Below, one piece after another: positions 19,301 to 26,332 of a stretch of 64,000 nucleotides of DNA. The notes below the pieces were generated by a model. The model worked only from the letters and a program-made list of their open reading frames with translations. It did not search any database and was not told the DNA's origin. Source of the stretch: Candidatus Aenigmatarchaeota archaeon (GTDB taxonomy: Archaea; Aenigmatarchaeota; Aenigmatarchaeia; QMZP01; QMZT01); the NCBI GenBank assembly GCA_026397315.1, contig JAPLVC010000004.1, positions 32,001-96,000 on the forward strand. Direction: 5' to 3'. Position 1 is the first letter of the stretch, and each line of letters begins with the position of its first letter. The translations under genes were made by a program, and so were the position numbers.

Positions 19301-20425
19301 ACGGGAAGCACACCCAACATGGGATTCTTCCTGTTCACATACACCGCGATTGATCCAAACCCGAGCTCCGGCATGCAGCCGCTTCAGGTGATTGGCGGTT
19401 TCGGAGGCATCTGCTCGAACACGCTTCCGGCAGGCTTCTGCATGGTCGCAGGCACGAATGATGCAATACTTAAAGCATGCGACAACGCGGGCAACTGCGT
19501 CAGCCACTCGACTGAAGGCACTGAAACCGACGTGACCCCGCCTTCGATAATCTACTCGAGCCCGAGCGGCAAGATAGAGCAGAACGAAGAGCTTAAACTG
19601 GAAGTAACGACAAACGAGCCGGCATACTGCTATTACGGCACGGAAGACAACTGGGCCACGATGACACAGATGAGCACATCTGTAAACATAGACCATTCGA
19701 TTGACCTTCCAAGCCCGCTTGCAGACGGCCTTTATGTCTACCACGTCCAGTGCAGGGACTTCGCAGGCAACATAATGGACAGCTCGAAAACGATAGTGTT
19801 CTACGTGAACACTGACGGCCAGTACTGCTACAGCACGGACATGACTGCAGGATGGAACACGTTCTTCCTGCCACAGCTGATACTGGACGACATCAACTTC
19901 AACTGCGGCTATGAGCCGTACGAGACAGCTGATGTACTGGGCTCGCTTGAAGGCAAGTACAGCATAGTGTGGTACTACGATGAGAGCGAAGGGTGGCTGT
20001 TCTACACGCCACAATATCCGGAGTTCTCGACACTGACGCAGTTCAGCGACCAGACAAGCAATCCATACTACATAAAGATGACCGGGCCGGCAAAGCTCGG
20101 ACTCCAGTGCGAGGATGAATGTGTCAGCAACTACTGCGGTGATGGCCAAGTCAACGGCGACGAGCAGTGCGAACTTCCTGACGATAATAACAACGAATAC
20201 TGCACCCAGACGACGCAGCAATGCTACCAAGATACTCACAAGACGCAATACAGGGACGCATACGGCTACTGTGATGAATCGTGCGGCTGCATGGAAGATC
20301 AGGAGTGGGGATCGCCCCAGTGCTTAAAGGACAGCTGCGGAGCGACGTGTGGCGGCGACAGCGACTGCTCGCAAGGACAATACTGCAACACAGAAATTTG
20401 CCAGTGTATGAACATACCTGATTAG
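10325..20425 (+). CDS. Giant secreted Cys-rich surface protein (~3366 aa): Myxococcus-type Cys repeats, vWA (MIDAS), about 10 Ig-like repeats
   Basis: N-terminal hydrophobic signal; CGNG..EGCDDGN repeats; DVSGS..T..SDG vWA; CDDGDKCTTDGC repeats; D[TN]xAP...HxxxYxxxDxxxN units; GAGGTGA SD before ATG 10325. Confidence 0.9.
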   Translation: MNTNKMKAYVGAVGATKLTAIIVMACILGVFAVSMASVFAESNAQIYTTDIEGIAKLDFTPDSIVYIHGTSFSPNSSISITLTRPGQYSYSESCGPEYCDISNIFGGPPEIETGFDAPQTSNEEGDFVYRYDLDGIVGEYTVTVTDGADVKTFVFTDARNINWAKLNGTSTVTVLPSTSITASVNVTTTSTDHDWKCTKYKIEGGSNITVNHGNHYGQGTYIESFSITAPATPGIYDVSFWAFDDNDCTSGQSIEKKLVDGITVTSPAICGNGVKEGSEGCDDGNTANGDGCNSGCQVETGWACTGTQPSVCTPACGNGIITSPETCDDGNTASSDGCSNVCQTENGWTCTGTPSVCTVANQNLTQSCGIDMALVIDVSGSIDSTELAQMKTALNSFVDAFLPNTPTKIAVIKFDTTATVIHAYSNDATSLKNAINGASGGGYTNWQDALLDTHSLYDHRIDKPDLYVFASDGEPNRYGDPAVSATTPVAVAHAVTEANHIKLHGIRIITLGIGTGGSSSLINNLKAISSNDAYYDTNFETIADDLADLANDLCGGTINVQKFVDGNTAADWQFAVTGGTSNPPSGYTGTDGFITFDIDTSGGNATVSVTETVQNGNSFTSAHCYSDSQHQNEVGTPGQGTVVSIQVGANDAIYCEFNNHHNVCSEYSTEGSCNAQTGLCTWCPQCNQHHQWSSLLGGDQCVPAGACPNPYTCEYGECGAECEDDERPCTAYCDQSLNYYGAGICGNDCTCNYPSPTPCDDGDKCTTDGCSNANGCAPHEPVDCNDNNICTIDSCDPSVGCSNVRIPTETSCTDQIDNDCDGKTDCADTDCAGTPTCFYQRPCDAPTDICQWNKVLPLGSENCCGCNLGFNTYWPLNTQASAECTFTADANMKQKLYISVNNDVIRCTLNGNVIFENQQHEGCAEINPRNGYTVPISPTAGVNTIICEINDRGSMTHFDACVVEKQCFNNADCDNGLYCDGIEYCDQNNQCQPGTPADCSDQFFCTVNERCEEGTSTYECLSDPLDCSGNDIQGIATCTNDPDNYAWTFDFRSLFTSICDDDNNVCTSGSEDISHTCADANATDGGPVILPQGGVSTCTAECDSYGTECQPYLNPANDYCYYNGQCNTNPTVCQCAYSGVPCPDPGYIDENRICHYGERSCTANGCVYRYNDPMGCKDICDPVLGPQDTTGPITDILKITPNPTCGKISFNATITENCTNISDGLYAIDIGIDFCPFPGYGGYQVLPLDDSSYDGDKMQELVGKINLMLTGYNDGRHTLYVRGKNTDGTWGNCDSYGFALDTLAPATESQSITPNMACGSNPYFVARICDPFNESGMCGAEYYIDDFTQGNGEGIPMYPVDGQWNDACEYVYAWVDISQVSEGTHYIKAHGIDCTGCNWGKIENFAPVWFIKDTVAPVSTKTVGTPKIQCSSDVGECWFITQGTEITMNAQDSDPGFGEYSGNLNISSHYPYYQGYVNIYYRQRWKENYDSEEWGTWSSWTLYTGPFKFTEDSLHEIEYYSTDACANNETSKFELDIVDTQPPETAKDVLGPKVAGDGNPIHYYITDDSTIKLTCTDPQPHPVDQVTLNWAVYYSENCTNPTWSSEPIMSGHEQGGYKEITNLQDSCHKIVYSCVDALNNVETEHVEIDAVDNKYPLVEKAVDEPKVPYTLPIQYMGTEPFDVADQAWYVNQNTLITLTCTDQLPHPVDDVKIYYKYYVDGVQHQNWTEYTAPFTYNEDTYHNLYYYCVDALGNKGPTHVELDVVDTQAPTSVKTLTGAKHACTPEEASMYGIADCSFITHDTKVELSCTDGNPHPVDDVELHYKIEWKLNWEGSWQTLRDQTVEDNYTSFYYEDLPVEYQDSFHKLTWYCVDALDNTESQHVELDIVDTQAPQTVKTVSMPKYAGPIGSGIDYYITKDTVINLTCTDGNPHPVDHVTLNWKIYWSSECGPNAVWSIDPIASGAEGDGNVLITNLGDSCHKLVYNCVDQLGNAENTQVEIDAVDNQAPIGTKNVGQPNVPCVGEVECTQFDYWVRDHVTTVTLDCTDAQPHPIGGELMCYKMGYDVPATPDLTQQYCTQFGGKMEADGYCCVDVDGSKNYVFNFTEDSVHTLGYYCKDAFGNANGLDTETFKVDSIAPNTTKTYEGPFYTDGKSDWIDTVSTVKLTATDGGEICHVDGTTTYYAVTQVNESFCYDPAANCQQMHTYEQGVWNTYTSAFPVAESCHLIEFYSVDVLGNKEPIKHQCVFSDHTAPATNKTYGTPLVEAVTGGYPKWITSATPITLTAEDQLPHPSGLKETKYRVTLVNDLNCYEACNAESIGAWNTYTVPFTITEDSCHMIEYFSIDNVQKTEPVKKQCIFVDNKAPISNKTFDGFNVPCSELTCRTEGSCDYYINQNTKIILSCTDQLPHPVDDVKIYYKYTVDDQPHESYSDWTLYTAPIQYNEDSKHTLEWYCEDALGNREQTHTQIERVDTTPPTTVKTFSKPTYPEDLNQNGTIDNEQEQNYWVTSDTAITLTTTDGGPICAAGSSKLYYTVKWDKNCDGDFNDFGEVVINNQHVHVNATTCELKKTLYLEGECLHEIRWHAVDALGNVETEHVQQHKVDNSPPHILILKPVDGWYSKGEDIPAIAEVKDLNSADSPCEQFRNNCNELGENCAVGIEDGAQCYAFLVNLEFLNMNPMEIFDLSDVTRYNLETNGTLLYNAAAQECQGYAVIPENSDVQSGIHIFVVEAEDSLGNYANSIDEIRLAIDQACGGGCWSSDPYDLCEPQCVEDVLQDIITTWNLPKIGIDTNAPEVVITAPVDTEGYYVDKGQLAVSADVTESGITCAITSGTPCYVKIDGTSIGTLYYDNNEKECTGTLVVPEDVPNGMEVPLTVEVSDNCGNIGKGVVYVTVDTMNPAPVILAAEDVENPPYDTDGNYDLVWTGGTDTNFKQFDIVIDGTTYYDVTQPYEGLSAEGRHTYKVIATDEVDKIATSNEVVVWVDTVAPGLDVTGSTPNMGFFLFTYTAIDPNPSSGMQPLQVIGGFGGICSNTLPAGFCMVAGTNDAILKACDNAGNCVSHSTEGTETDVTPPSIIYSSPSGKIEQNEELKLEVTTNEPAYCYYGTEDNWATMTQMSTSVNIDHSIDLPSPLADGLYVYHVQCRDFAGNIMDSSKTIVFYVNTDGQYCYSTDMTAGWNTFFLPQLILDDINFNCGYEPYETADVLGSLEGKYSIVWYYDESEGWLFYTPQYPEFSTLTQFSDQTSNPYYIKMTGPAKLGLQCEDECVSNYCGDGQVNGDEQCELPDDNNNEYCTQTTQQCYQDTHKTQYRDAYGYCDESCGCMEDQEWGSPQCLKDSCGATCGGDSDCSQGQYCNTEICQCMNIPD
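14560..18140 (+). repeat. About 10 tandem ~110-130-aa Ig-like repeat units inside the giant gene
   Basis: Recurring VD[TN]xAP, CTDxxPHPVD (PHP in 7 units) and DSxHxxxYYxxDALGN. Confidence 0.85.
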
Positions 20426-20427
20426 AT

Positions 20428-20456
20428 GGGCCAAAGAGGCCCTTTCCTCTTTTATT
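20428..20456 (+). terminator. Hairpin plus T-rich terminator
   Basis: GGGCC-AAAGA-GGCCC followed by TTTCCTCTTTTATTT. Confidence 0.6.
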
Positions 20457-20526
20457 TACTATTCAGGAGGAAAAAGAACCCAAAAGGTATATAAAGATAG
20501 ATTACATATAAAAAGTAAGGTAAACT

Positions 20527-21699
20527 ATGAAAAATAACTTCGCATTATCCGGAATCGTTTTTGTATCTTTGATTTTTGTTTTAGCCCAGTCCGCTTACGC
20601 CACCAGTTTTCCATGCGCTTTCGGCGGAACAGTCACAGTCAACGGTAATCCGATTGCCGGAGAACAGGTTACAGCATATCTGAACGGAACTGGAGTGCTT
20701 GTGGGCGAAGGCAAAAACACGAGCGCCGGATATGGCATCTCGATAGTCGATGCCAGCGACCAGTATGTCTTTTTCAAAGTCATGGGCACGCTTGCCAATG
20801 AAGGTTTGCAAAACTGCGTTGAAGGAACTTTCACACAGCTTAACCTTACGGTGGATGACGGTGATAACGATGGCTACAATGTTCTTGAAGATTGCAACGA
20901 CTCGAATGCGGCTGTGAACCCAGGCGCGGCCGAGATTTGCAACGGCATAGATGACAATTGTAATGGTGTTATTGACGAAGGTTTCAGCGACCTCAACACT
21001 TCATGTACTGTAGGCATAGGAGGCTGCGCGAGAACCGGAGTCAAGATATGTTCTGCTGACAAGCTTTCAGTTGTCTGCAGCGTCACTGCTGGAGCACCGA
21101 GCTACGAAGCATGCGGTGACGGCATAGACAACGACTGCAACGGCCTCACCGACGAGATCTGCGGCGGCGGTGGCGGCGGTGGAGGCGGTGGCGGCTCAAG
21201 CGCTTACTGTGGCGACGGCAATCTCCAGAAATACAGGGGCGAAGAGTGCGAGCTGAACATCGCATGCAACGGCACGGGCCTGACATGCAACCTTACAAGC
21301 TGCAAGTGCGTCGAATGCACCGAGAGCTGGGCATGCGGAGAGTGGGGACAGTGCGCTGGCGGCGTTCAGACGAGGACTTGCGTCGACGCGAACACGTGCG
21401 GCACGGTCCTGCAGAAACCATCCGAGAGCCAGACCTGCACCGGAAGCGGCAGCAGCGGCACCCAGATAACGAATCTTGGCGCGATAGTGTGCGGCAACGG
21501 CGTGTGCAACGACGGCGAAACATGCGAGAACTGCCCGGCGGACTGCCAGTGCGCTGGAGCGAACGCGCAGGAAAATCAGGGCTTCAACATATTAGGCGTA
21601 TTCACCGGAGCGCCCGGCTTGAGCCTGCTTGGCCTGCTTGCGCTGGCAATAATCATAGCGATTCTGTTCTTCACGACGCGCAAGAAGAAAAAGAAGTAA
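20527..21699 (+). CDS. Membrane-anchored surface protein with MopE-like (CxxxDxDCxG) repeats
   Basis: Signal peptide; EICNGIDDNCNG and ACGDGIDNDCNG; poly-Gly linker; C-terminal TM plus RKKKKK. Confidence 0.85.
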   Translation: MKNNFALSGIVFVSLIFVLAQSAYATSFPCAFGGTVTVNGNPIAGEQVTAYLNGTGVLVGEGKNTSAGYGISIVDASDQYVFFKVMGTLANEGLQNCVEGTFTQLNLTVDDGDNDGYNVLEDCNDSNAAVNPGAAEICNGIDDNCNGVIDEGFSDLNTSCTVGIGGCARTGVKICSADKLSVVCSVTAGAPSYEACGDGIDNDCNGLTDEICGGGGGGGGGGGSSAYCGDGNLQKYRGEECELNIACNGTGLTCNLTSCKCVECTESWACGEWGQCAGGVQTRTCVDANTCGTVLQKPSESQTCTGSGSSGTQITNLGAIVCGNGVCNDGETCENCPADCQCAGANAQENQGFNILGVFTGAPGLSLLGLLALAIIIAILFFTTRKKKKK

Positions 21700-21700
21700 A

Positions 21701-22132
21701 TTATTTTTCTTCTTTTGCTTTTATTTCATCTTCAGTCTTTACTTTAATCCCGTTCTTCTTCAGCAGCGCGGCCGTTATGCCGTCGCCTTTCACCAGTTTT
21801 CCTGAGAACGAGCCGTCGTAGATTTCGCCTGAGCCGCACGAAGGCGATTTGGCCTTTAGTATCGCTTCCTTGCATCCGGCGAGTTTCGCTATTTTCAGCA
21901 TTTCTGCAGCGCCTTTCGCCAGCGCTTTCTTCACATCCCTGCCGTCGCATGCGAAGGCGCGGCCGTTTATGAGTTCGGTTGCCAGCCTGGGAGTGGTCAG
22001 GCCTCCGAGCTGCTCGGGGCAGACTGGAATCGCCTTGCCTTTCCTGACCATTTCCATGACTTTTTTGCTGGATTTGGAATTGCCGTCATACCTGCATTTC
22101 ACGCCCGCGAGGCATGCGCTCACAAGTTTCAT
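21701..22132 (-). CDS. DUF523 family protein (2-thiouracil desulfurase-like)
   Basis: VSACLAG..CRYDG, PVCPEQLGGL.TPR, LKAKSPSCG. Confidence 0.92.
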   Translation of the reverse strand: MKLVSACLAGVKCRYDGNSKSSKKVMEMVRKGKAIPVCPEQLGGLTTPRLATELINGRAFACDGRDVKKALAKGAAEMLKIAKLAGCKEAILKAKSPSCGSGEIYDGSFSGKLVKGDGITAALLKKNGIKVKTEDEIKAKEEK

Positions 22133-22142
22133 TGAATCACCG

Positions 22143-22721
22143 TCAAATCATTTTTCTTATCTCTTCGTTGAACCTCTTCGCCCTTTCGAGAGACGTTTTT
22201 GCCTTGTTTTGCATGGCAGACAAGCCCATCTCGTAAGTGAACCTGGCCCTTTTCCTTCTTTCGTGAAAATAATCGTCCATTAATCCCTTGGCTTTTTCCC
22301 TGCCGAGCATCTGGGTCGCGTCTTCCTCCGCGTCGGCGAAGTCTTCCACAATCTTCTTCTGAAGTTTGCCCGTGAGGTAGAAATAATAAACGAACGCGTC
22401 GAACGTAACGGCATGGATCGAATCCTCGGTCTTTATTTTAACTCCTTCATTTTCAAGCAGTGCCCTCGCCATGTAAAACATCGAATAATAACTCGCGTTT
22501 ATCACCCACAGGAAGCCGTTGAAATCCCGGAAGCCGGTTGATTCTTTCAGGTTTTTGTCGGTCGAAACTCCAAAAAGCAAAAGAGCTGACTCCAGCGAAT
22601 TTCTGGCGTTGTCCAGGAAGAACTGCACGAACCTGCTGTCGCCTCCCTTCGTTATGACGCCTCTTCTTATGCAACTCTCGGCATTCCTTTTCGCTTCCCC
22701 TATTCTTTTATCATCTAGCAT
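22143..22721 (-). CDS. HEPN-domain protein (putative toxin)
   Basis: SYYSMFY.ARALL, H in EDSIH, R-x4-Y (RARFTY); overlaps the MNT gene. Confidence 0.8.
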   Translation of the reverse strand: MLDDKRIGEAKRNAESCIRRGVITKGGDSRFVQFFLDNARNSLESALLLFGVSTDKNLKESTGFRDFNGFLWVINASYYSMFYMARALLENEGVKIKTEDSIHAVTFDAFVYYFYLTGKLQKKIVEDFADAEEDATQMLGREKAKGLMDDYFHERRKRARFTYEMGLSAMQNKAKTSLERAKRFNEEIRKMI

Positions 22722-23310
22722 TTTTCAGCAACCTGTAATAATTTTCAGCGCCGAACAATAAAATATGGCTGTCCAAAGACTCGTTCATGACGTTTGCCTG
22801 ATCCCTTTTGGCGAGCATTTCGCAAGCGCTTTCGACGGATATCGCATTGCAGTCGAATTTCAGGCTGAACCTGGAAGATATCGTATCCATGAATTTTTCC
22901 GCGGCTTCGGTTTTGTTCCCGTCTTCCAATATGATCAGGGTGTCGACGTCCGAGCCTTTCGTTTCCTTGCATTTCGCGTAAGAGCCGAAAAGCAGCATCG
23001 TAAAGTAGTCCATCTTTATCCCTTCAAGCGCGTCCTTTACGAAAAGTCCGATAGTTTTGTTCTTTTCGAGGAATTCTGCCATCCTAAGGCCTTCCACGTA
23101 GCTTAAAATGGAATGATTTTCCTTGTAGTTCAAAGACACCAGGTTGTGGGTATCCTTTTCCAGCAGCTTGTTCTCAATGAGAGCTTTCACGGATCTGTGC
23201 ATAAGCGGATATGGCTTGCCTGCCGTTTCCGCGACCTGTCTTACGCTAAATTTCTCAGTTATTTTCGAGACAAAAATTTTCATTATTGCCAGCTGAGTCT
23301 TGGTTAACAT
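22711..23310 (-). CDS. wHTH plus minimal nucleotidyltransferase (MNT antitoxin)
   Basis: N-terminal HTH; LFGSYAK..SDVD. Confidence 0.85.
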   Translation of the reverse strand: MLTKTQLAIMKIFVSKITEKFSVRQVAETAGKPYPLMHRSVKALIENKLLEKDTHNLVSLNYKENHSILSYVEGLRMAEFLEKNKTIGLFVKDALEGIKMDYFTMLLFGSYAKCKETKGSDVDTLIILEDGNKTEAAEKFMDTISSRFSLKFDCNAISVESACEMLAKRDQANVMNESLDSHILLFGAENYYRLLKNAR

Positions 23311-23325
23311 CACTATCACTATTTT

Positions 23326-23341
23326 GATATAATATTATATC
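23326..23341. promoter_or_regulatory. Perfect 16-bp palindrome GATATAATATTATATC, likely autoregulatory operator of MNT-HEPN
   Basis: Lies between the minus-strand TATA (~23350-23360) and the ATG at 23310. Confidence 0.6.
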
Positions 23342-23451
23342 TTTTTAGTTATATTTAAGCTTTCATGTTTTTAATATCGCAAAGTATACGCAGGTTATAA
23401 AAAAATATAACCCTGGTATAAAATAAGCAGATTTGAAGGTGACAGTCTCGA

Positions 23452-24144
23452 TTACTCCACTTCCACGCCGGGCATGATCCACTTCCCGCCCAATCGCTTT
23501 CGATTCTCCAGCAGCATCTTGCCGGATATGGCGATTTTGGAGTATTTCGGGTTGAGGCCCAGCAGCCTCGCGAACGAGAGGAGTTCCGACGGCGCCCGCA
23601 GGTCGTACGGGTCGACAGCGCCTGACGTAAGAATGAAGGGAGGCTTGTATTTCCTGACCAGCTTCGCGTTCTCCAGCATGCTCGAGAAAACGTCCGCTCG
23701 CGTCTTCCTGTTAGATATAAGCACGTTCCTCATGTTGAATTCGATAGCTACGTTGTTCTTTTTCGCGAGCTTGGCCATCACAAGATCGATGCCGCCATCG
23801 TTCCTGCCCATTTCCGGGTGCGCTAAAACGTCGATTTCAGGCGTTTCACAAGCGACTCTGTTGACCTCTATGTTGCCTCCGTGGACGAGAATCACTTCGA
23901 CTGCCTTCCGCGCCTTCCTGGCGAGCTTCTGCATCTGGTCGGGGTGGCTGGTCTCGATCTTGAGGCCGAAAGACACGTCTAAGGGGGATTTGGAAGGCAT
24001 GGAGGCGAACTGGTCGCGAAGGGCGGAAACGTCTTCGAGCGACTTGCTTACGAAGCATACGCCTTTCCATCCCATGCGTTCGAGAAGCGTGAGCATGCCG
24101 TTCACGTCGACCTCGGCGTGCACATGATATTCGTAGAAACTCAT
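23452..24144 (-). CDS. RNase P protein component Rpp30
   Basis: VHGG..VNRVACE..IDVLAHPE..D.VMAKLA..VAIE..SGA..LRAP. Confidence 0.92.
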   Translation of the reverse strand: MSFYEYHVHAEVDVNGMLTLLERMGWKGVCFVSKSLEDVSALRDQFASMPSKSPLDVSFGLKIETSHPDQMQKLARKARKAVEVILVHGGNIEVNRVACETPEIDVLAHPEMGRNDGGIDLVMAKLAKKNNVAIEFNMRNVLISNRKTRADVFSSMLENAKLVRKYKPPFILTSGAVDPYDLRAPSELLSFARLLGLNPKYSKIAISGKMLLENRKRLGGKWIMPGVEVE

Positions 24145-24199
24145 GAAACCCCTAATCTATAATTGGTTTAGCGGGGTTTTAAAATAATCAATACAATAA

Positions 24200-24856
24200 A
24201 TGAACGTTATGGCTGGCATGGACGCGGCAACGGACGAATTCTACGAGCGGCGGGAGCGTATGGTATCGGAGCTGGTCACGCAGGGCCTGCTCAGGACTGA
24301 GAAAATAATAAAGGCGTTCCTCGAGGTCCCGAGGCACGTGTTCGGGGGCGAGCAGAACGAACGCTTCGCCTATGGCGATTACCCGATACCCATCCCGGAC
24401 AGCCAGACCGTGAGCGCGCCTCACATGGTCGCGGCCATGACAGAGCTGCTGAGACCTGAAAGGAAGGATAAGGTGCTGGAAATCGGCAGCGGCTCAGGCT
24501 ACCAGGCGGCAATCCTGTCGAAGCTGGTGAAAAAGGTATACACGACGGAGATAAGCCCTGAGCTCGCAGCTTTCGCCAGGTCGAATCTCAAAAAAGCCGG
24601 CGCCAATAACGTCGAAGTCATGCTCGCGGATGGCAGCGAGGGCTACGCTAAAGCGAAGCCATACGATAAGATAATAGTCACCTGCGCCACGCCAGAGATA
24701 TTCGACGCGTGGCTGGCGCAGCTCAAGGTCGGCGGGATTCTGATAGCACCGCTAGGGAGCGGATTCTACCAGGAGCTGATACACATAAAAAAGACTGCCA
24801 AAGGCATTGAAAAAAATAACTACGGCAGCGTGGCTTTCGTGCCGCTGAGAAGGTAA
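24200..24856 (+). CDS. pcm: Protein-L-isoaspartate O-methyltransferase
   Basis: VPRH.F, QTVSAPHMVA, VLEIGSGSGYQAA, PYDKI, VAFVPL. Confidence 0.94.
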   Translation: MNVMAGMDAATDEFYERRERMVSELVTQGLLRTEKIIKAFLEVPRHVFGGEQNERFAYGDYPIPIPDSQTVSAPHMVAAMTELLRPERKDKVLEIGSGSGYQAAILSKLVKKVYTTEISPELAAFARSNLKKAGANNVEVMLADGSEGYAKAKPYDKIIVTCATPEIFDAWLAQLKVGGILIAPLGSGFYQELIHIKKTAKGIEKNNYGSVAFVPLRR

Positions 24857-24861
24857 AAAAT

Positions 24862-25191
24862 TTATTGTAAAGTGTATTTTTCTGGCATGGCGTTCTCAAA
24901 GTTTATGCTCTGTGCTAAAAAGGACATCGAACCGTTTCTATTTGGCACCAAAGACCCTGGCATTATGTCCAGATCTTTTACATCTCCTTTTTGCAAGCCT
25001 CTCATCATGGATGAATATTCTTCAGAACTTAATTCCGTGAGTTTCATCACACCGTTCAATGATTCAGAGCCAATATAAACAGTTTTTGTGGATATGTCCG
25101 CGACTAGATAATTTTGCTCGCCTGTTCTTTTGAAACCTCCGAAAACAAAAACTCTCCTGGCAGATATCGATTCTTCCCTAGTCATTTCCAT
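24862..25191 (-). CDS. Hypothetical protein
   Basis: 109-aa AT-rich ORF directly downstream of 25205-25768. Confidence 0.55.
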   Translation of the reverse strand: MEMTREESISARRVFVFGGFKRTGEQNYLVADISTKTVYIGSESLNGVMKLTELSSEEYSSMMRGLQKGDVKDLDIMPGSLVPNRNGSMSFLAQSINFENAMPEKYTLQ

Positions 25192-25204
25192 CTTTACACC
25201 CTAT

Positions 25205-25768
25205 TTATAACTGAACCGTCGGTCTGGCCTTTCCGGCGCTTATCTGAAACGCCTTTTTACCCTTTTGCCCGTAGAAATCAGTCCAGTACGTCCTGCCATA
25301 TTCGGCCTCGTGAAAAGGTCTCGCTTCAACGCCGTCAAAGCCTGCGTTTTTCAGCATCTCAATGATTATTTTTTTATTCATTGCGCCATTGCCGTTTGAA
25401 ACAGCGTTATCTTCATGTATGGAGAATGAAAATTTACCGCCGGATGCCAGCTTTTTCAGAACCAGCTCGAACAACCTCTGATGGTAATCGCCAGAGTTGA
25501 AACCGTTGTTGTAATAGCCCACGGCCATGTTTGAGTAAACGCCATTTACAGAGCCGTCAGGTATTTTTCCCAAACCCTCGATGAAATCCCCTTCCATGTA
25601 TGCGCAGTTTCCTACGCCTTTGGATCTGGCGTGCCTTTGAGATATTGACTCGTTGATGCCCTTGCTTATGCTGTAAAAATCAATCTGAGGAAATCTTGAG
25701 GCATATTGAAATGCCTTGTCATCCCTGGAGCTGTCTCCTAGATGAACCATTTTGTATTTTCCCATCAT
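25205..25768 (-). CDS. Divergent class I SAM-dependent methyltransferase-like protein
   Basis: YMEGDF..DGSVNGVY..KKLASGGKF..LKNAGF pattern; motif I degenerate. Confidence 0.55.
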   Translation of the reverse strand: MMGKYKMVHLGDSSRDDKAFQYASRFPQIDFYSISKGINESISQRHARSKGVGNCAYMEGDFIEGLGKIPDGSVNGVYSNMAVGYYNNGFNSGDYHQRLFELVLKKLASGGKFSFSIHEDNAVSNGNGAMNKKIIIEMLKNAGFDGVEARPFHEAEYGRTYWTDFYGQKGKKAFQISAGKARPTVQL

Positions 25769-25934
25769 ACCAACCCTTAATATTAACTACTTTATAGTAG
25801 TATTCTATTACTTATAAAGCTTTTTCCGCCCGTTTCTGGACTAAAAAATGGCGATTTTTATTGCTTACGGGTTAGCCGAAGCTATCCGATTTATGAGAAT
25901 AAAAACAGAGAACAAAAAGAAAGGTGCGGCGCCT

Positions 25935-26156
25935 TTACGCGCCTCCGGCCATGCCGATTATCTGCAACGCCACGACCAGGCCGAAAATGATTATGGTTTC
26001 CGGGATGACCGTAATGATAAGACCCTTCGCGAAGAGACTTTCCTTCTCCGCCATGGCGCCTATCGCCGACGTTCCCAGCTCTTTTTCAGCCCACGCCGTC
26101 GCTATCGCACTTATGCATATCGTCGCTGCTGCTGCGATTACTGCTATATCAGACAT
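25935..26156 (-). CDS. atpK: A/V-type ATP synthase proteolipid subunit c (K), single hairpin
   Basis: Two TM helices; AIGAMAEK loop; IPET ion-binding Glu; GGAGGTG SD. Confidence 0.9.
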   Translation of the reverse strand: MSDIAVIAAAATICISAIATAWAEKELGTSAIGAMAEKESLFAKGLIITVIPETIIIFGLVVALQIIGMAGGA

Positions 26157-26332
26157 ATTCACACCTCCGTTTGAACATTATCGCGTTGTTTTTCAGTGCC
26201 GGATACCGTTGAACAATATCCAGATTAATAATTATCACGCATATTTATATACTTTACTTTTGTTACTATTTAATAGTTATTATAGTTAGTCGCATTTAAT
26301 TCGCAAATACGGCCCCTCATGCGCATTTGCTT

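Noticed and set aside
14861-20248. Long minus-strand ORFs (423 aa, 465 aa) and other antisense ORFs such as 47321-48205 and 53653-54588
   Set aside because: They are shadow frames of well-supported genes, caused by strong C/G third-position bias.
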